Shown: one piece after another, positions 10,262-19,807 of the stretch
Layout: each line of letters begins with the position of its first letter
Numbering within the stretch: position 1 is the stretch's first letter
Assembly: GCA_021771115.1 (NCBI GenBank)
Contig: JAETPP010000001.1
Coordinates: forward strand, 12,746 to 76,745
Direction: 5' to 3'
Length of the DNA stretch: 64,000 bases
Origin: Bacillota bacterium
GTDB lineage: Bacteria; Bacillota; Clostridia; Oscillospirales; Acutalibacteraceae
Position numbers and translations under genes: made by a program
Notes under the pieces: model-generated
What the model saw: only the letters and a program-made list of their open reading frames with translations
What the model was told of the DNA's origin: nothing
Databases searched by the model: none

Positions 10262-10702
10262 TCAGCGATCCATAATGCTTTCGATCTTTATTACGCCGTC
10301 CACCTGCTTCAGGTTTTCCAGCAGCTCATCGGCGGAGATCTCCATATGGGCAATGCGGGCTGAAACAGAGACGAAAGCCCTGCCCATTACAGGAATGTTC
10401 TGATTTACCGTGAGAATGTTCGCCCCCGCCCGGTAAAACACCGTAAGCAGGCTCACCAGCACACCGGTGCGGTCTGTCAGCATGGCCTGTACCGTGAGAA
10501 TTCCGGCAGGGTTCTGCTTCGTATAAGGGAACACGGAGCCCCGGTATTTGTAATACACGCTGCGGGAGATCCCCGCCATGCGCACAGCCTCGGAGGTGCT
10601 GGCCGCTTCCCCGCTTTCCAGCAGGGCATTGGCCCGCACTACCTTCTGGTAAACCTCCGGCAGCACGCCACTGTTCACGACCAGATAAGAATCCTTTTTC
10701 AT
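10262..10702 (-). CDS. thrR: ACT-domain transcriptional regulator (ThrR/PheB family)
   Basis: LPEV..KV, ISRSVYYKY HTH, ANILTVNQNIP ACT; first gene of the hom operon. Confidence 0.8.
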   Translation of the reverse strand: MKKDSYLVVNSGVLPEVYQKVVRANALLESGEAASTSEAVRMAGISRSVYYKYRGSVFPYTKQNPAGILTVQAMLTDRTGVLVSLLTVFYRAGANILTVNQNIPVMGRAFVSVSARIAHMEISADELLENLKQVDGVIKIESIMDR

Positions 10703-10924
10703 TGTCCACCTACCAAGCACGATTGTCTTGTTGCAGTGAACAGTTTATCATACCGGCCCCAAAAAAGCAAGCCCGGGAAGGGTCAAAAAATTGCCGAAAA
10801 GAGACAGCTCTTCCCGGCAATTTTTAGGGAATCTTCAAAAGAAATGCAAGCTTTGATCTGCCGCCGGCCACAAAAGGGCCGCCATGAAAAGGCGCAAATG
10901 CAAAAGAACGAGATAGCAAAAGGG

Positions 10925-11064
10925 CGAGATTCTTCGCCTTCGGCTCAGAATGACAGGAGGGGGGCTCAGAGTGACAGGAGGGGGGCTCAGAATGACAGGG
11001 TAAGTGGCTCAGAATGACAGGGTAAGTGGCTCAGAGTGACAGGGTAAATGGCTCAGAGTGACAG
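10925..11064. repeat. TGTCA-type REP arm followed by 6 tandem GGCTCAGARTGACAG units (21-22 bp period)
   Basis: Units start at 10942, 10963, 10984, 11006, 11028, 11050. Confidence 0.9.
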
Positions 11065-11081
11065 AGTGGCGGCGCAAAAGC

Positions 11082-11209
11082 CCCTGCCCTGTCTTTGCCC
11101 TTGCCCTTGACCTTGCCCTTATCCAGCATCTAGCATCCAGCATCCAGCATCTAGCATCCAGAATCCAGAAGCTCTTCTCTAACAACTAACAACTAACTTC
11201 TAACAACTA
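11082..11209. repeat. Stacked short tandem repeats: (TGCCCT)n, (TCYAGCA)n, (CTAACAA)n
   Basis: Read directly: about 11084-11120 hexamer, 11121-11169 heptamer, 11179-11209 heptamer. Confidence 0.9.
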
Positions 11210-13753
11210 CTACCCAACCGGTCCCCAAATATCAAAGGGCGGGATATCCGAACCCGATTCCGGAGGCGGTGTGGGCTCATCCGGAGGCAGGGTGGGAAGA
11301 TCGCTGGGGGACGGCGTGGGTGAATCGATAGGCCCGGGCGGAGGCACCGGCGTGGGCTCATCCGAGGGACCGGGCGAAATGGTGGGGTCCTGACTGGGCT
11401 CTATCGAAGGAGAAGGCGATACCGAGGGCGAGGGTGACGGAGACGGAGACGGCGAGGGTGAGGGCGACGGGGACGGAGAAGGCGACATGGTGTTCTTCCC
11501 CGAAATATGGTCAGTGCCGCCGTTGCAGGTACCGGGCACCTTCTCCTGGTCGTACCAGCCTGTGGCGGTATCAAAGCAATTCTTCCCGGCCAGCTTTCCG
11601 CTGTCCCGACAGAAACGGCGCTCCACCACGTTATCACTGATGACCCAGCTTTTGCCGGACCAGTCGTAATTTTCCAGAAGGTGCTCAATCACGGCCTTCC
11701 AGGTATCCTTCGCCGTGCCGGAATCCTCCAGAACATCGGGAAGCTCATAGCCGTTCCAAATGCCCGCCACACAGAAGGGAGTGGCGCCGATGAACCACAG
11801 ATCGTAGCCGTCATCGGTAGTACCGGTCTTTCCGATGATCTCCGTATCGATATCAGCCATCCAGCCCACCGCCGTACCGTTGGGGTTGTAGATCGGGCCG
11901 TGCAGGAGCTTATTCATGATGGTGGCGTTTTCCTCGCTGATCACCCGCTCGCCGGGGTTTACCTCCGGGCGGTTATCCAGGATCACATTGCCCTCATGAT
12001 CCTTCACATAATAATAGGTGATAGGCTTGTGATAAATGCCGCCGTTGGCGAAAATCTGGTAACCGGCAACCATATCCCGGACGGTCACGCCGTATTGCTG
12101 CCCGCCCAGCGACATACCGATATTGTGAGAATCTTCCTCTGTCAGCGTGGTAAAATGGAGCTTGTTCACCAGCCAGTCATAACACGTTTCGGGAGTAAGA
12201 TCCTTTGCCAGCCACGCCGCCGGGGCGTTTTGAGAAACCTCGATGGCTTTATCCACATTCATGGTACCGGTATATTTCCGGTCAAAGTTCTGCGGCCCTT
12301 CCTCCGGGTCTCCTTCTCCGAAATAGTTGGGGATCGGTTCGTCCTTGAGGACCGTGCCGAAATTGATCTTCCCCTCGTCCAAGCCCACGATATAAGGGCT
12401 GAGGGGCTTGATGGCGGAGCCGGACTGCCGGCTGGTGCCGCCCGCGCCGGTAACGTTATTGCCCAGGCGGGTGCCCTTGCGCTCTCCCCTGTCGCCCACC
12501 ACGGCCATGACCTTTCCGGTGTAGGGGTCCATCATGAAAAAGCCCAGCTTGATGGCCTGATCCTCCGGCAGCATTTCCTGGTTGGTCAAAAAATAATTTT
12601 CGATATCGGTCTGCAGCTTCAGATCCATGGCCGAATGGATCTCCAGGCCTGCGTTATACATCATGCTTTCCGCGACGTCGTAGGAATATCCCTTGGCCAT
12701 CAGATCCTGCACGATATCCTCGAACATCACATCGATATACCAGTTCCATTTTTCCTGGTCCTGGGCTTCCTCGTTGGCCGCGCTGGTATCCTCCTGCTCC
12801 GCGCCGATAAAATCCATGGTTTCCAGCTCCGCCAGGGCGTCGTTATATTCGCTTCTGGTGATGGGGGTGGAGAGCTCGGAAACAAGCTCTCCCTCTTCTG
12901 AAAGATCTATCATACGCTTTAAGACGACTCTGGCCCTGTCCTTGGAATCCTCCGGGAAGATCATAGGGTTGAACTGGTAGGGATTCTGCGTGATCCCGGC
13001 AATGAGAGCGCACTGCGCCAGGCTGCACTCTCCGATACTCTTATCAAAATAGTAGTTTGCCGCCGCTTCCACGCCCTGGCACTGGCCGCCGTAGTTTACC
13101 ACGTTCAGGTAAGCCTCCAGGATCTCCTCCTTGCTGTAGCCCACCCGCTTGGTACCGTCGGCGGCGGTATAGCCGCCCTCCAGATTCAGGGCGGTAAAAA
13201 TTTCCTTGACCTTTCGGAGAATGCTGACCTGATTTTCCTTGGTGATATTCTTGATCAGCTGCTGCGTCAAGGTGGAGCCGCCGCCTCCGCCCGTATGGGT
13301 AAAGAGCTTATACACCGCGCCCAGCGTACCTTTCCAGTCCACGCCCTTGTGCTCGCTGAAGCGGTGATCCTCAATGGCGATCTGGGCGGTCTTCATATAC
13401 TGGGGGATCTCGTTCAGATAGACCCACACACGATTCTCGTTGCTGTAAAGGGGCATGTACTCCGTGGACTGCCCGTTTTCATCGTCCAGATAAATAAAGC
13501 TGGAATAATTCAGCTTCATGGCGGAAATATTGGGCGGCTCCACATTGCGGAAGCTCAGCACAAAGGACAGCACCGATAGAAACACCAGTACGCCGCTGAT
13601 CGCCCCTACCCAGAACAGGGTCTTCACCGCTTTCCACACCATACCGCCCACCGTTTTCGCGGTGGCCCCGGCGGATTTGGAAAACTCTCCCTCCGTTCTC
13701 TGCGCGGGGATCCGGTTCATGCTGGTATTATATTTATTCATATCTTCTCGCAT
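11210..13753 (-). CDS. Class A penicillin-binding protein (transglycosylase-transpeptidase) with Ser/Pro-rich tail
   Basis: EDHRF..HKGVD, GSTLTQQLIKN, RKVKE, SGSAIKP (SxxK), SQN, KTGT; RBS AGGAGG. Confidence 0.93.
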   Translation of the reverse strand: MREDMNKYNTSMNRIPAQRTEGEFSKSAGATAKTVGGMVWKAVKTLFWVGAISGVLVFLSVLSFVLSFRNVEPPNISAMKLNYSSFIYLDDENGQSTEYMPLYSNENRVWVYLNEIPQYMKTAQIAIEDHRFSEHKGVDWKGTLGAVYKLFTHTGGGGGSTLTQQLIKNITKENQVSILRKVKEIFTALNLEGGYTAADGTKRVGYSKEEILEAYLNVVNYGGQCQGVEAAANYYFDKSIGECSLAQCALIAGITQNPYQFNPMIFPEDSKDRARVVLKRMIDLSEEGELVSELSTPITRSEYNDALAELETMDFIGAEQEDTSAANEEAQDQEKWNWYIDVMFEDIVQDLMAKGYSYDVAESMMYNAGLEIHSAMDLKLQTDIENYFLTNQEMLPEDQAIKLGFFMMDPYTGKVMAVVGDRGERKGTRLGNNVTGAGGTSRQSGSAIKPLSPYIVGLDEGKINFGTVLKDEPIPNYFGEGDPEEGPQNFDRKYTGTMNVDKAIEVSQNAPAAWLAKDLTPETCYDWLVNKLHFTTLTEEDSHNIGMSLGGQQYGVTVRDMVAGYQIFANGGIYHKPITYYYVKDHEGNVILDNRPEVNPGERVISEENATIMNKLLHGPIYNPNGTAVGWMADIDTEIIGKTGTTDDGYDLWFIGATPFCVAGIWNGYELPDVLEDSGTAKDTWKAVIEHLLENYDWSGKSWVISDNVVERRFCRDSGKLAGKNCFDTATGWYDQEKVPGTCNGGTDHISGKNTMSPSPSPSPSPSPSPSPSPSPSVSPSPSIEPSQDPTISPGPSDEPTPVPPPGPIDSPTPSPSDLPTLPPDEPTPPPESGSDIPPFDIWGPVG

Positions 13754-13797
13754 ATTAAAGAGGGCCTCCTTCTCTTTCTGCCGCGGCCCCCGGCTTG

Positions 13798-13826
13798 GCA
13801 TAACAGCCAGAAAATGGCACATACTA
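13798..13826 (+). promoter_or_regulatory. Putative sigG/sigF promoter of the bofC-like gene
   Basis: GCATA-17 nt-CATACTA matches the forespore sigma consensus. Confidence 0.6.
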
Positions 13827-13845
13827 AGCGGGAGGTGAGTTGATT

Positions 13846-14295
13846 ATGGCAGGCAGAACTTCTCAAAGCTACAAAAAATATACTCTGATCCTTTTGATCG
13901 TTACCATCGCCGCCCTGGTGATCTGCGCGGCCACCTTCGCGCTAAAGCGCGATTCCTCATTGGCCGTACAGGGAACCCCGGAGCAGACCTATAGCTCCCA
14001 TTATATCCCAAAGGCCGCGGCAAGTCAAGAAAACAGCGACAGGGCCGTTTCCAGCCAGATCCCGACCTTGCCCCGCCCCTCCCCTTCCCCAAACCCCATG
14101 CCGCAGCGGGAAAGCTATTGGGTAACATTGTCTGAGGGGACGATCGGCGTTTTCCAGGAAGGAAAGGCGGATCCCATTCTTACAGCGGACATCGATATCG
14201 CCCTGCTCCCGAAAGAGGATCTTACCATTTTGGAAAAGGGGATCCGGGCAAACAGCCTCTCGGAAGCAAAGGCGATCCTGGAGGACTATGAATAG
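13846..14295 (+). CDS. BofC C-terminal domain protein (sporulation)
   Basis: N-terminal TM; GTIGVF...LLPKEDLTILEKGI...AILEDYE resembles BofC_C; RBS GGAGGTGA. Confidence 0.75.
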   Translation: MAGRTSQSYKKYTLILLIVTIAALVICAATFALKRDSSLAVQGTPEQTYSSHYIPKAAASQENSDRAVSSQIPTLPRPSPSPNPMPQRESYWVTLSEGTIGVFQEGKADPILTADIDIALLPKEDLTILEKGIRANSLSEAKAILEDYE

Positions 14296-14527
14296 CTTCC
14301 GGCGTGCAAAGCCCGAAATCCTGTTTTTTGTGAACACGCTATAGTTTCCCCGCAAAAGGATCAATTAGCAGCGTTTTTCGGGGAAGTGCCATGGCAAAAG
14401 CTGCATGTTCCGCAGAAAACAGGAAATCGCGAAAGGAAGGCCTGCCTCTGTTTTTACAGGGCAGGCCTTCTTTTCTGAAAATTTCATAAAACAAGCCCCG
14501 GAACCGATGCGGGCTCCGGGGATCCTT

Positions 14528-14603
14528 TGGAGCTACTGATGTGACTCGAACACACGACCTGCTGATTACGAATCAGCTGCTCTACCGGCTGAGCTACAGT
14601 AGC
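14528..14603 (-). tRNA. tRNA-Thr(CGT)
   Basis: GCTACTGTAGCTCAG...CTGAT-TCGTA-ATCAG...GTTCGAGTC...CCA, 76 nt. Confidence 0.96.
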
Positions 14604-14637
14604 AAGGAAAAAGCGCGTCTCGTTCAGACGCTTTTTC

Positions 14638-14666
14638 ATTATAGCCAAGCAAAAAGGATTTGTCAA
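14638..14666 (-). promoter_or_regulatory. sigA promoter of tRNA-Thr
   Basis: Perfect TTGACA-17-TATAAT on the minus strand. Confidence 0.8.
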
Positions 14667-14809
14667 TCCTCATTCCGTTTCTTTTCCCGAAATTTCTTTT
14701 CTCAAAAACTGCTTCTTTCCTCCGCCGGAATAATATGCTATACTGAATAAGTCTTCAGCCGTTCGTACCGGCGGCTGACAGCCGGAAACATATTATGCGT
14801 AAGGAAACG

Positions 14810-15823
14810 ATGGGAATGGAATACAGTTTGGATATCGGCGCGTGGAATGCCGTATTTGCGGTGCCCTGCGCTTTGGTGGATCAGCATATCAAGCTTGCCG
14901 GGAAAGAGCAGCTGCAGGTGATCCTGTGGTTTCTGCGCCACGCGGGGGAAAGCTTTTCCCCCGATCAACTGGCAGACGCCCTGGGCATCAGCACAGACAG
15001 TGCCCTGGACGCGCTGGACTATTGGGTGGATCGGGGCCTGCTGGCGGAAAGAGCCGGCGCGCTCTTCCCTGTTCCGCAGAATGCCGGCCAGCCGGACAAG
15101 CGGCAGGAGCCCAAAGTGCCCCGGGAGGTATCTCCAACCCCTGCCGTGGAAAAAGCCGTCTCTCCCCTGCCTCCGAAAAAGCGGCTTGCAAAGCCGAACG
15201 TCGCTTATCTTGCGGCCAGAGTGAAGGAATCGGAGGAGATCCGCTCGCTTCTTCAGGAGGCGGAGGCCACCCTGGGCATTCTCTCTCCGGCCATGACCGG
15301 CGTGCTTCTTGCCAGCTGCGATGATTACGGCCTGCCGGTAGAGGTGGTGGCGATGCTTCTTCACTACGCCAAGGAGATTGGAAAAACGGGGACCGCCTAT
15401 ATCGACTCCGTTGCCAGAGACTGGGCGGAAAGCGGCATTTTCACGTTGGAGGCCGCCGAAGGTAAGCTGCAGGAGCTGAGCGAAAAAAGGCTTGCCTGGG
15501 GAAAGGTATCCGCCGCCGCCGGGCTGCCGAAGCGTTCGCCCTCCAAAAAGGAGGAGGAAGCCGCCTATCGCTGGGTGTGCGAATGGAAGCTGATTCCCGA
15601 CCTGATTTCCGCCGCCTACGAGCGCTGTGTGGATAACACCGGAAAATTCAGCGCCGCCTACATGAACCGCATTTTGGAAAGCTGGCATAAAAAAGGAATT
15701 AAAAACCTGGAGCAGCTCGCCCAGGAGGAACAGAAAAAGCAGGAAGAAAAGACAAAGCCCGCAAGCTATGATATCGATGAAGTAGAGCGGCTGAGCTTTT
15801 TTGATTTGCCGGAGGAATTGTAA
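14810..15823 (+). CDS. dnaD: DnaD domain protein
   Basis: Two DnaB_2-like repeats (YIDSVARDW, YMNRILESW..KGI); start could be 14795 or 14816. Confidence 0.85.
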   Translation: MGMEYSLDIGAWNAVFAVPCALVDQHIKLAGKEQLQVILWFLRHAGESFSPDQLADALGISTDSALDALDYWVDRGLLAERAGALFPVPQNAGQPDKRQEPKVPREVSPTPAVEKAVSPLPPKKRLAKPNVAYLAARVKESEEIRSLLQEAEATLGILSPAMTGVLLASCDDYGLPVEVVAMLLHYAKEIGKTGTAYIDSVARDWAESGIFTLEAAEGKLQELSEKRLAWGKVSAAAGLPKRSPSKKEEEAAYRWVCEWKLIPDLISAAYERCVDNTGKFSAAYMNRILESWHKKGIKNLEQLAQEEQKKQEEKTKPASYDIDEVERLSFFDLPEEL

Positions 15824-16807
15824 ATGGGATACGGAAAAAAGATCTACGAGGAAGCCAAGACGGAGCTGGAGCGCCGCAGACAAAAAGCGGAAGGGGAAGC
15901 TGCGGAAAAGCTTTCCGGCTTTTATCTGCAATTTCCTCAGGCCAGAGAGCTGCGGGAGGCCATGGCAAAAAACGCCGCCGGCGCGGCAAAGGCCGTGGTG
16001 CGCGGCGGCGATGTGCGCTCTGAGCTTCAGCGGCTTCAGGAACGGGCCGGAAAACTGAATGCGGAATATGACCGGCTGCTGCAGGAAGCAGGCCTTACCA
16101 GAGAGGATATCTCCCCGCGGTATACCTGCCCTGCCTGCAAGGATACCGGCTTTGTGGACGGCAGGCTGTGCAGCTGCTTTCTGGAGCTTCAGCGCAGCTT
16201 GGCCTATGAAAAGCTGAGCATGGATGTTCCGCTGGAAAAATGCACCTTTTCCTCTTTTTCTCTCTCCTATTATCAGGAGGATCCCCGGGCTTACCGGCAA
16301 ATGGAAAATATTTTTGCCGCCTGCAAAAGCTACGGAGAAAAATTTCGCAAAAACTCTCCCAGCCTCCTTTTTAAAGGGGGAACGGGCCTTGGTAAAACCC
16401 ATCTTTCCCTGGCCATTGCAGGTACGGTGATCGAAAAGGGCTTCGGCGTGATCTATGGCTCGGCACAAAGCTTTGCCGTTTCTTTGGAAAAGGAACGGTT
16501 CGACCGCCGGGAGGACGGGGAGCTTGGGGACACCCACTCTCAGCTGCTTTCCTGCGACCTGCTGATTTTGGACGACCTGGGAACGGAATTTCCCTCCGCC
16601 TATGTCAACGCCGCCTTGTACGATATCATAAACAGCCGCATGCTGGCGGAGAAGCCCACCATCATCAGCACGAATCTTTCCATGAAGGAGCTGGAGGAGC
16701 GGTACAGTGAGCGGTTTGCCTCGCGGATCACGGGATATTACGGAAAGCTGGAGTTTTTGGGCAAGGATATCCGGATCGAAAAGCGCAAGCAGAATTCCAG
16801 ACGTTAA
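15824..16807 (+). CDS. DnaC/DnaI-like helicase loader (IstB-like ATPase)
   Basis: CPACKDTG..CSC zinc site, GGTGLGKT, LLILDDLG, TIISTNL. Confidence 0.9.
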   Translation: MGYGKKIYEEAKTELERRRQKAEGEAAEKLSGFYLQFPQARELREAMAKNAAGAAKAVVRGGDVRSELQRLQERAGKLNAEYDRLLQEAGLTREDISPRYTCPACKDTGFVDGRLCSCFLELQRSLAYEKLSMDVPLEKCTFSSFSLSYYQEDPRAYRQMENIFAACKSYGEKFRKNSPSLLFKGGTGLGKTHLSLAIAGTVIEKGFGVIYGSAQSFAVSLEKERFDRREDGELGDTHSQLLSCDLLILDDLGTEFPSAYVNAALYDIINSRMLAEKPTIISTNLSMKELEERYSERFASRITGYYGKLEFLGKDIRIEKRKQNSRR

Positions 16808-16873
16808 AATTTCCAGGAAAATTTCTTAAGACAGGATTTCATTTTTGCTGATTTTCAGTAAGGTGGTTACGAT

Positions 16874-17659
16874 ATGAGTGAAGCAGGCACTACCGCCAGT
16901 ATTTTGGAGCTCTCCTTTCAAATGGGAGAAACGCTTCTGGAAAACGGCGCGGAGATCTCCCGCGTACAGGAGACCATGGAACGCGTGGCGAAGGCATACC
17001 ACGCGGAGGAATTCAACGTTTACGTGCTGACAAACGCCGTGTTTGCCGGAGGAAAGGAAAACGGCGTGGAAAAGCAGATGGAATTAAAGCACGTTCCCTC
17101 CAGCAGCATCCACTTTGGGCGCATCTGCGCGGTCAATCAGCTTTCCCGGGAGATCGCCGAGGGGAAGCACAGCGTGGAGGAGGCTTTTTCCATTCTGGAA
17201 AAAATTCGTTCTCTTCCCTACTCTCCTCTGCCCTTGGCGATTTTTGCCTGCGCCGTGGGCAGCGCCGCCTTCAGCTTTCTGTTCGGCGGCAGCGGCTGGG
17301 ATGCTCTCACCGCTTTTTGCTGCGGCTTAGTGCTGGAACCTTTTCTTTACTGGACGGGGAAACGTAAATTTTCCAAGTTTTTGACAAATCTTTCCGCCAG
17401 CGCTCTGGTAACGCTGTGCGGCGCTGTGCTGCTGCTTTTGGGGCTGGGGCAGAACCTGGATAAGATCATCATCGGCTCCATTATCCGGCTGGTGCCCGGC
17501 GTGGCGCTGACCACCTCGATCCGCGACTTTTTTAATGGGGACTACCTCAGCGGCACGATCCGAATGATCGACGCCATTCTGGTGGGTGGCTGCATTGCCG
17601 TGGGCGTAGGCGTTGTGGTGCGCATACTCTCTCCCCTGCTGGGAGGTGCGCTGCTATGA
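16874..17659 (+). CDS. Threonine/serine exporter ThrE family, subunit 1
   Basis: LLENGAEISRVQET, LVPGV..TSIRD. Confidence 0.88.
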   Translation: MSEAGTTASILELSFQMGETLLENGAEISRVQETMERVAKAYHAEEFNVYVLTNAVFAGGKENGVEKQMELKHVPSSSIHFGRICAVNQLSREIAEGKHSVEEAFSILEKIRSLPYSPLPLAIFACAVGSAAFSFLFGGSGWDALTAFCCGLVLEPFLYWTGKRKFSKFLTNLSASALVTLCGAVLLLLGLGQNLDKIIIGSIIRLVPGVALTTSIRDFFNGDYLSGTIRMIDAILVGGCIAVGVGVVVRILSPLLGGALL

Positions 17660-18117
17660 TAGAGCTTCCCCTTCTGCTGAACTGGCTGCTGCAAACACTG
17701 GTGGCCTTTGCGGCCACCATCGCCTTTTCCATTATTTTTCATACCCCGAAAAAGGAATACCTGCTGACCGGAGTGACCGGCGGCGTGGGCTGGCTTGTTT
17801 ACCTGATCGCCATGCATTTCGGCTGCGGCACGGTGGCCGCCTCCTTTTTTGCCACGGTGGCTCTGGCCTGGCTTTCCCGCATTTTCTCCTTTGCCCATAA
17901 AGCCCCTGTCACCGTTTATCTGATCTGCGGCATTTTCCCCTTGGTTCCCGGCGCGGGCATTTATTACACCGGCTATCATTTCTTCATGAGCGATAACGCC
18001 CTGGCTCTCAGCAAGGGGCTGGAAACCATCAAAATCGCCATTGCCATCGCTTTGGGGATCGGCATTGTGCTGTCCCTGCCCCGGTTTTTCTTTACCTGGA
18101 AGAAGGGCAGTCGTTAG
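17656..18117 (+). CDS. ThrE_2 family membrane protein
   Basis: GIFPLVPGAGIY; ATGA overlap. Confidence 0.86.
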   Translation: MIELPLLLNWLLQTLVAFAATIAFSIIFHTPKKEYLLTGVTGGVGWLVYLIAMHFGCGTVAASFFATVALAWLSRIFSFAHKAPVTVYLICGIFPLVPGAGIYYTGYHFFMSDNALALSKGLETIKIAIAIALGIGIVLSLPRFFFTWKKGSR

Positions 18118-18522
18118 AGATTAGTTGTTAGTCGTTAGAAAGGGCGGTTGGATTCTAGATGCTAGATGCTGGACGCTAGACGGTAGTGGCGCCGCACAGC
18201 GGCGCAAAAAAGGAAGGGCAGGGACAGAGTGATAAATTCCGATTTATCATGCTGCTTTCGCTGTCATTCTGAGGAGCATAGTGACGAAGAATCTCGACTA
18301 GCAAAAACCGATACATAAAAAAGCCTTTGTACACACCGGTGTGATCTGGTCGAGATTCTTCGGCATTTCATGCCTCAGAATGACAGTTTGCTATCATCGC
18401 AAAAACACCCTTGCCCTTTTTCATTGCGCTGCCAAGCAGCGCTACCGCAGTCTAGTATCCAGCGTCTAGCATCTAAAAAAACGTTCTTCTCTAACAACTA
18501 ACATCTAACTACTAACAACTAA
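18111..18522. repeat. Nested (concentric) inverted-repeat intergenic element
   Basis: Heptamer, heptamer, hairpin, hexamer and TGTCA-REP modules on the left, mirrored as reverse complements on the right. Confidence 0.85.
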
Positions 18523-18536
18523 AACGGAGGAAAGCT

Positions 18537-19505
18537 ATGCCTTTACGCAAAGTTGTGATCGCGAAAAACGATGAAGGACAGCGGCTGGATAAGTTTTTGA
18601 CCAAGGCTTATCCCAATCTTCCTCAGTCTGTTTTATATAAATGCATCCGCACAAAGGATGTGAAGCGGAACGGGAAACGGTGCCAAATTTCCGATAAGCT
18701 TCAGGAGGGGGATGTGCTTTCCCTGTACTGGCAGGAGGAGTTTTTTCAAAAGGAGGAGCGGGAATACGATTTTCTGAAGGCTCCCACGGCTCTTTCTGTT
18801 TTATACGAGGACGAAAATATTCTGCTGCTGGATAAAAAGCCGGGGCTGATCGTTCACCCGGATCAGAATTATCATTTTGATTCCCTCATTGCCCGGGTGC
18901 AGCGCTACCTCTATGAAAAGGGCGAATATCAGCCGGAAGCGGAAAACGCTTTCGCTCCGGCGCTTGTGAACCGCATTGACCGCAACACCGGCGGCATTGT
19001 GATGGCCGCCAAAAACGCCGAGGCGCTGCGGATCATGAACCAGAAGGTAAAGGATCGGGAAATGCACAAGCTTTACCTGTGTGTTGTGTGCGGGAGGCTT
19101 TCGGAAAAGGAGAGCCTGCTCACCGGATTTCTGGAAAAAAACGAGGCGCAGAACCGGGTTTACATTTCCAAGAAAGCAACGGAGGGCGCAAAAAGCATTC
19201 GCACCAAATACCGGGTGCTGGAGGAGCGCCGGGATTTTTCCCTGCTGGAGGTAGAGCTGCTGACCGGCCGCACCCATCAGATCCGGGCCCATTTTGCCTC
19301 CATCGGCCACCCGCTGGCCGGAGACGGAAAGTACGGCAAAAACGCTCTCAATAAGCAGACCGGCTTCCCCTATCAGGCCCTGTACTCCTATAAGCTCCGG
19401 TTTGATTTCTCCACAGACGCCGGGATTTTGAGCAGCTTAAACAACAGAGAGTTCACGACGGAAAACATCTGGTTCCTGCCGGAATTCCGGCAGTTTCCAA
19501 AATAA
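18537..19505 (+). CDS. RluA-family pseudouridine synthase (S4 domain, RluC/RluD-like)
   Basis: QRLDKFL S4, KKPGLIVH, NRIDRNTGG, TGRTHQIRAH. Confidence 0.93.
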   Translation: MPLRKVVIAKNDEGQRLDKFLTKAYPNLPQSVLYKCIRTKDVKRNGKRCQISDKLQEGDVLSLYWQEEFFQKEEREYDFLKAPTALSVLYEDENILLLDKKPGLIVHPDQNYHFDSLIARVQRYLYEKGEYQPEAENAFAPALVNRIDRNTGGIVMAAKNAEALRIMNQKVKDREMHKLYLCVVCGRLSEKESLLTGFLEKNEAQNRVYISKKATEGAKSIRTKYRVLEERRDFSLLEVELLTGRTHQIRAHFASIGHPLAGDGKYGKNALNKQTGFPYQALYSYKLRFDFSTDAGILSSLNNREFTTENIWFLPEFRQFPK

Positions 19506-19520
19506 TGCATTTTAGAGAGT

Positions 19521-19559
19521 AAAAGCCCGGAGCATTGTACCATGCTCCGGGCTTTTTTT
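19521..19559. terminator. Intrinsic terminator
   Basis: AAAAGCCCGGAGCAT-TGTACC-ATGCTCCGGGCTTTTTTT. Confidence 0.85.
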
Positions 19560-19572
19560 GCAGCCTAATCCA

Positions 19573-19776
19573 CTATTTCACACGCTTTTTCTCTGTGAGC
19601 AAAAGCTTTACATCCTCGTCCCCTTCGATGGCGTGCAGCACCTCCTGCCTGCGCAGCAGATGCAGCGTGACGGAAAGGATCAGATTACAGCAGGTGACAA
19701 TGGCTAGGGTGAGCTTTCCCGCCCTGCCGCTTTTCCGTTTTGCCGGAGCCCTCCGCCCCGTGCCCTTCTGTTTCAT
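19573..19776 (-). CDS. Small hypothetical single-TM protein (67 aa)
   Basis: RBS AGGAGG; basic N-terminus then hydrophobic LTLAIVTCCNLILSVTL. Confidence 0.55.
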   Translation of the reverse strand: MKQKGTGRRAPAKRKSGRAGKLTLAIVTCCNLILSVTLHLLRRQEVLHAIEGDEDVKLLLTEKKRVK

Positions 19777-19807
19777 AAAGCTTCCTCCTTCCTAATCCAA
19801 AAAGCGC

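Noticed and set aside
10722-10745. ThrR operator (TGTC...GAACA imperfect palindrome)
   Set aside because: The symmetry is too weak to call without comparative data.
10736-11017. ORF with RRGAQND repeats
   Set aside because: It is a translation of the non-coding REP-arm tandem array, with no RBS.
10942-11064. CRISPR array
   Set aside because: Repeat is 15 bp, linkers are 6-7 bp and recur, and there are no cas genes; it derives from a REP arm.
14795-16807. Prophage or IS21 replication module next to tRNA-Thr
   Set aside because: No integrase, IstA or phage genes; this is the ordinary clostridial chromosomal dnaD plus loader pair.
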